Below are positions 61,086-64,000 of a stretch of DNA of 64,000 bases, one piece after another (within the stretch, counting starts at the first letter, position 1; each line of letters opens with the position of its first letter). The notes below the pieces were generated by a model. It was not told the origin of the DNA. It worked only from the letters and a program-made list of their open reading frames with translations, and made no database searches. The DNA comes from an uncultured Colwellia sp. (GTDB lineage Bacteria > Pseudomonadota > Gammaproteobacteria > Enterobacterales > Alteromonadaceae): positions 39,919 to 103,918 of the forward strand of contig CAJXWZ010000003.1 of the NCBI GenBank assembly GCA_913062815.1. The letters are read 5' to 3'. The position numbers and the translations under genes were made by a program.

Positions 61086-61688
61086 TTAAACTGCTTGCGT
61101 ATTTTTCGCACAAACATTGCTAAATAGCAGTTTAAATTTGATTAATTCAGCGTCTATATCACTACTAATATTAGCCGCAGGATGAAACCTTAGTTCTTTT
61201 TTCTCAAAATCTAAGCTTAACGGAACTACAGGAATCTCAGCTTGATTTGCTATGTATAAAAAACCACTTTTCCATTGATGTGTGTTTTGGCGGGTTCCTT
61301 CAGGTGCTATACCAAGTACGAACTTATCACACTGTTGAGATTGATAAACCATTTGCTTAACTACGCCATGTTTAGAGGTTCGGTCTATAGCAATACCCCC
61401 CCAACTTTTCAGAACGTAACTAAACGGCCATATAAAGAGTGCTTTTTTAGCCATAAAACGAATACTAAGTTTCATTGCCAACATCGCTGATATTGCCACG
61501 ACAAAATCCCAATTTGATGTATGAGGGGCCACAGCTACCACAAATTTGGCTTTATTCGGTAATTGTCCCGTAACACGCCAACCAAGAACCCTTAATACTA
61601 AACGCCCTATAAATGCAGAAAATCCTCCCGTTCTAGTAGGTACTTTATCCGGGATAGTAATGATGATGCCTGATTTATTTATTGTCAT
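61086..61688 (-). CDS. 1-acyl-sn-glycerol-3-phosphate acyltransferase family (PlsC-like)
   Basis: APHTSNWD (HX4D), IAPEGTR. Confidence 0.88.
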   Translation of the reverse strand: MTINKSGIIITIPDKVPTRTGGFSAFIGRLVLRVLGWRVTGQLPNKAKFVVAVAPHTSNWDFVVAISAMLAMKLSIRFMAKKALFIWPFSYVLKSWGGIAIDRTSKHGVVKQMVYQSQQCDKFVLGIAPEGTRQNTHQWKSGFLYIANQAEIPVVPLSLDFEKKELRFHPAANISSDIDAELIKFKLLFSNVCAKNTQAV

Positions 61689-61712
61689 GAGGAAACATTA
61701 TCAATAACACAC

Positions 61713-62642
61713 TTAACGAACACCATTTTGTTGTTGAGCTAACTTTTCGTGTATTTCTAGTAAAACTGACTTCATCACCAACAAGTTATCTTTACCTAAA
61801 CGCAATAATAGCTTGTCTGTATCCGGTAATGCTTCAAGTTTTGGGTTAGCAAACCTGTACATAACACTTGGTTGTATTAACGCCATGGATGATTTAGGTA
61901 GCTCCATATCTAAAACACGGGTAATAGCATCTTGCAAGGTATTAGTGAAATCATCTTCATAGCCTAACTCTTGGTATGCTTCATCTATTAATGGTTTAAC
62001 TTCTGAGTACCACTCTACTAAACTTTCGCTATCCATTGAACGCAGCAAATCTACATATAGACTAAAACGCCTACTGGAGCTTTCATTCCATTCCCATACA
62101 TTTTGTTTGTTATTTAGAGAGCTTTGATCTGCATTTTGAAAGCTAACACTATTGGTTTCTGGGGTAAATTTAGTTTTTGGTAAGGTAAATGGGCTATGCT
62201 CATAAGCCACAATTCCTTGAGAGAAATTATCAGTAAAGACAACGAAACGGCGAATCATATCTTCATCAATAATAAGTGTAAGTAATTCTTTTCGCCAAGT
62301 AATTTCAGGTAATTTAAGTTTCAACCAGTCATCACTTTCATCGAGAGAAGGCAAAGGGTTTTCAATAGGCACTACCTTTTCTTCATCTACTGATTCAGGT
62401 GTCTCAATTGCTGGTTCAATCACTTCAGAAATAGTTTGAACTTCTTCAATTTTTGGAGATACTTTAGCTAGAGGCTTGGTTTTTTCTTCAATAACAGGCG
62501 TGGGTTTATTACCGGTATATTGCCACGCAATTGCTATGGCAACGACCACTAAAATGATAAATGCAATTAAAGGCCAAGATGCTTTGTTTGAAATTTCTTG
62601 TGCACTTTCTTCTAGCACCTGATTTGAATTATCCATGGTCAC
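61713..62642 (-). CDS. DUF3014-like membrane-anchored protein
   Basis: N-terminal TM, Pro/Glu linker, LPSLDESD, KPLIDEAYQELGY, YRFANPKLEAL, LLLRLG. Confidence 0.75.
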   Translation of the reverse strand: MTMDNSNQVLEESAQEISNKASWPLIAFIILVVVAIAIAWQYTGNKPTPVIEEKTKPLAKVSPKIEEVQTISEVIEPAIETPESVDEEKVVPIENPLPSLDESDDWLKLKLPEITWRKELLTLIIDEDMIRRFVVFTDNFSQGIVAYEHSPFTLPKTKFTPETNSVSFQNADQSSLNNKQNVWEWNESSSRRFSLYVDLLRSMDSESLVEWYSEVKPLIDEAYQELGYEDDFTNTLQDAITRVLDMELPKSSMALIQPSVMYRFANPKLEALPDTDKLLLRLGKDNLLVMKSVLLEIHEKLAQQQNGVR

Positions 62643-62679
62643 CTATATTCATTGGTTAAATAAGCTTGAATTATTATAT

Positions 62680-63570
62680 TTACTTTGGCATAAGTAAGTA
62701 TCTTTTCTGTTGAGCTAGCTCTTTTAAATACTGCCAAACGGTATTAACTTGAGATAAACGTTTACTTTCTGGGTGAGTAACCAAATAGAAACTTCGTACT
62801 AATTTAACGTCATCACTACAGAGCTTCACTAAGCTAGCATCTTGCTCAGCTAAAAAGCAAGGCAAAATGCCAATTCCTAAGCCACTTTTAATGGCACTAT
62901 ATTGGCTAGTAATGCTGGTACTTTGAAAACAAGGCTTTATATCAGCACTTAGTTCTTTTAAATAAGATAGTTGCTGGGTAAACAAAAGATTATCCACATA
63001 ACTAACCCATTGATATTGAGATAATTCATTGACTTTCACATTGTCGTTTATATCTTTAAGATAGCTTGCATGGCCGTATAATTGCAACTGATAGTCGCAA
63101 AGTTTTGTAATAATTGTTGACGTACTTTTAGGTCTTTCCACGGCAATGGCTATATCAGCCTCATTCCGACTTATTTTGACATCGCGGGCGAAATGAACCA
63201 ACTCAATTTGTATATCTGGAAAGCCTTGCTTAAGTGCTGTTAGATGCGGAGCTATAAAGAAATTACCAAAAGCTTCGGTAACACCTATCCGTACCCGGCC
63301 ACTATTTATGTTTTTCTGTTCCCTAATTGCATCAAAAGCTTGCCCTGCATCAAGTTCCATTCTTCGTGCATGTTCCAGCAATTTACGGCCATCTTCTGTT
63401 AGCACATGGCCATCTATCGTACGCTCAAAAAGTTTTGTCGCTAAACTTTCTTCTAGTTTATGCAGCCGACGCGAAAGTGTCGAAGCATCAATCATTAAGC
63501 GCTTTGCTGCTACTGATAATCGCTCACTACGAGCAACCTCTAAAAATAACTTTATATCATCCCAATTCAT
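62680..63570 (-). CDS. LysR family regulator, divergent from mmsA
   Basis: True start MNWDDIKLF at 63570; HTH ...STLSRRLHKLEESL..LFER. Confidence 0.92.
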   Translation of the reverse strand: MNWDDIKLFLEVARSERLSVAAKRLMIDASTLSRRLHKLEESLATKLFERTIDGHVLTEDGRKLLEHARRMELDAGQAFDAIREQKNINSGRVRIGVTEAFGNFFIAPHLTALKQGFPDIQIELVHFARDVKISRNEADIAIAVERPKSTSTIITKLCDYQLQLYGHASYLKDINDNVKVNELSQYQWVSYVDNLLFTQQLSYLKELSADIKPCFQSTSITSQYSAIKSGLGIGILPCFLAEQDASLVKLCSDDVKLVRSFYLVTHPESKRLSQVNTVWQYLKELAQQKRYLLMPK

Positions 63571-63700
63571 CCAACTACTATAGCAAAAACCTATTGTGAC
63601 CGCAAAATTGCAAGGCCCGTTGCATTTTTGCTTATTGCTCAATTGAATTGAAAGGACTATTTTAACATCAAATAAACTACTGCTTATGATAAGGCCAGTC

Positions 63701-64000
63701 ATGACTATTAAAGAAATTCCACTAATTATCAATGGAGAAAAAATTCGTTCAACTACTGATACTTGGTTAGACGTATTAAATCCAGCAACACAAGAAGTTG
63801 TCGCCCGCGTACCGATGGCTACAAAGGAGGAAGTTAACGCTGCAGTTGCTAGTGCAGCAGAGGCATTTAAAACATGGTCAAAGGTGTCGTTAACCAACCG
63901 CATGCGCATAATGCTGACCTTTCAGCACTTAGTGAGAGAGCACACTCAAGAGTTAGCTGAATTAGTCACACTAGAGCATGGCAAAACTTTACCCGACGCA
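63701..64000 (+). CDS. mmsA: CoA-acylating methylmalonate-semialdehyde dehydrogenase, 5' part (runs off window)
   Basis: Not in the track; hand translation MTIKEIPLIING...VLNPATQEVVARVP...RMRIMLTFQHL...TLEHGKTLPDA. Confidence 0.78.
   Translation, partial: MTIKEIPLIINGEKIRSTTDTWLDVLNPATQEVVARVPMATKEEVNAAVASAAEAFKTWSKVSLTNRMRIMLTFQHLVREHTQELAELVTLEHGKTLPDA

Noticed and set aside
63571-63909. 113-codon N-terminal extension of the LysR ORF
   Set aside because: Mostly the antisense shadow of mmsA plus the intergenic region; the LysR HTH begins at 63570.

Overview
AT-rich marine gammaproteobacterial chromosome segment; gene content and order suggest Alteromonadales, probably Colwelliaceae (inference). 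The left ~41 kb, almost all on the minus strand, is a Wzx/Wzy surface-polysaccharide locus. It encodes an SLBB export protein, Wzz, TviB/WbpP, the WbpB-E-D diamino-uronic acid pathway, an adjacent sulfotransferase and deacetylase, an O-acyltransferase, a PL6-like lyase lipoprotein, a heparinase II/III-like protein, and a PglC/D/E/F (ItrA1-QhbC-QhbB-Gdr-like) bacillosamine set ending in galU. Between the PglC-like and PglD-like genes sits a ~12 kb cassette: an 11-gene type II secretion cluster (gspG-E-F-H-I-J-K-L-M-C-D, lipoprotein secretin, no prepilin peptidase) followed by a separately promoted and terminated 580-aa acidic secreted protein with S-layer hallmarks. This S-layer/T2SS/modified-glycan arrangement is the most notable system here. 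The right ~23 kb is mostly core genome: POT transporter, ygfA, rpiA, serA, Phe/Tyr catabolism with TyrR boxes, ycjXF, priC, a ComFB protein, SRP RNA, and LysR/mmsA. It also holds a TonB receptor-methyltransferase-flavin halogenase trio. Two start anomalies were found by hand: galU's start is out of frame across an A_AAA_AAG heptamer, and ycjX has no ATG/GTG/TTG start but an ATC behind a GGAG. All family calls come from motif recognition; no database searches were run.
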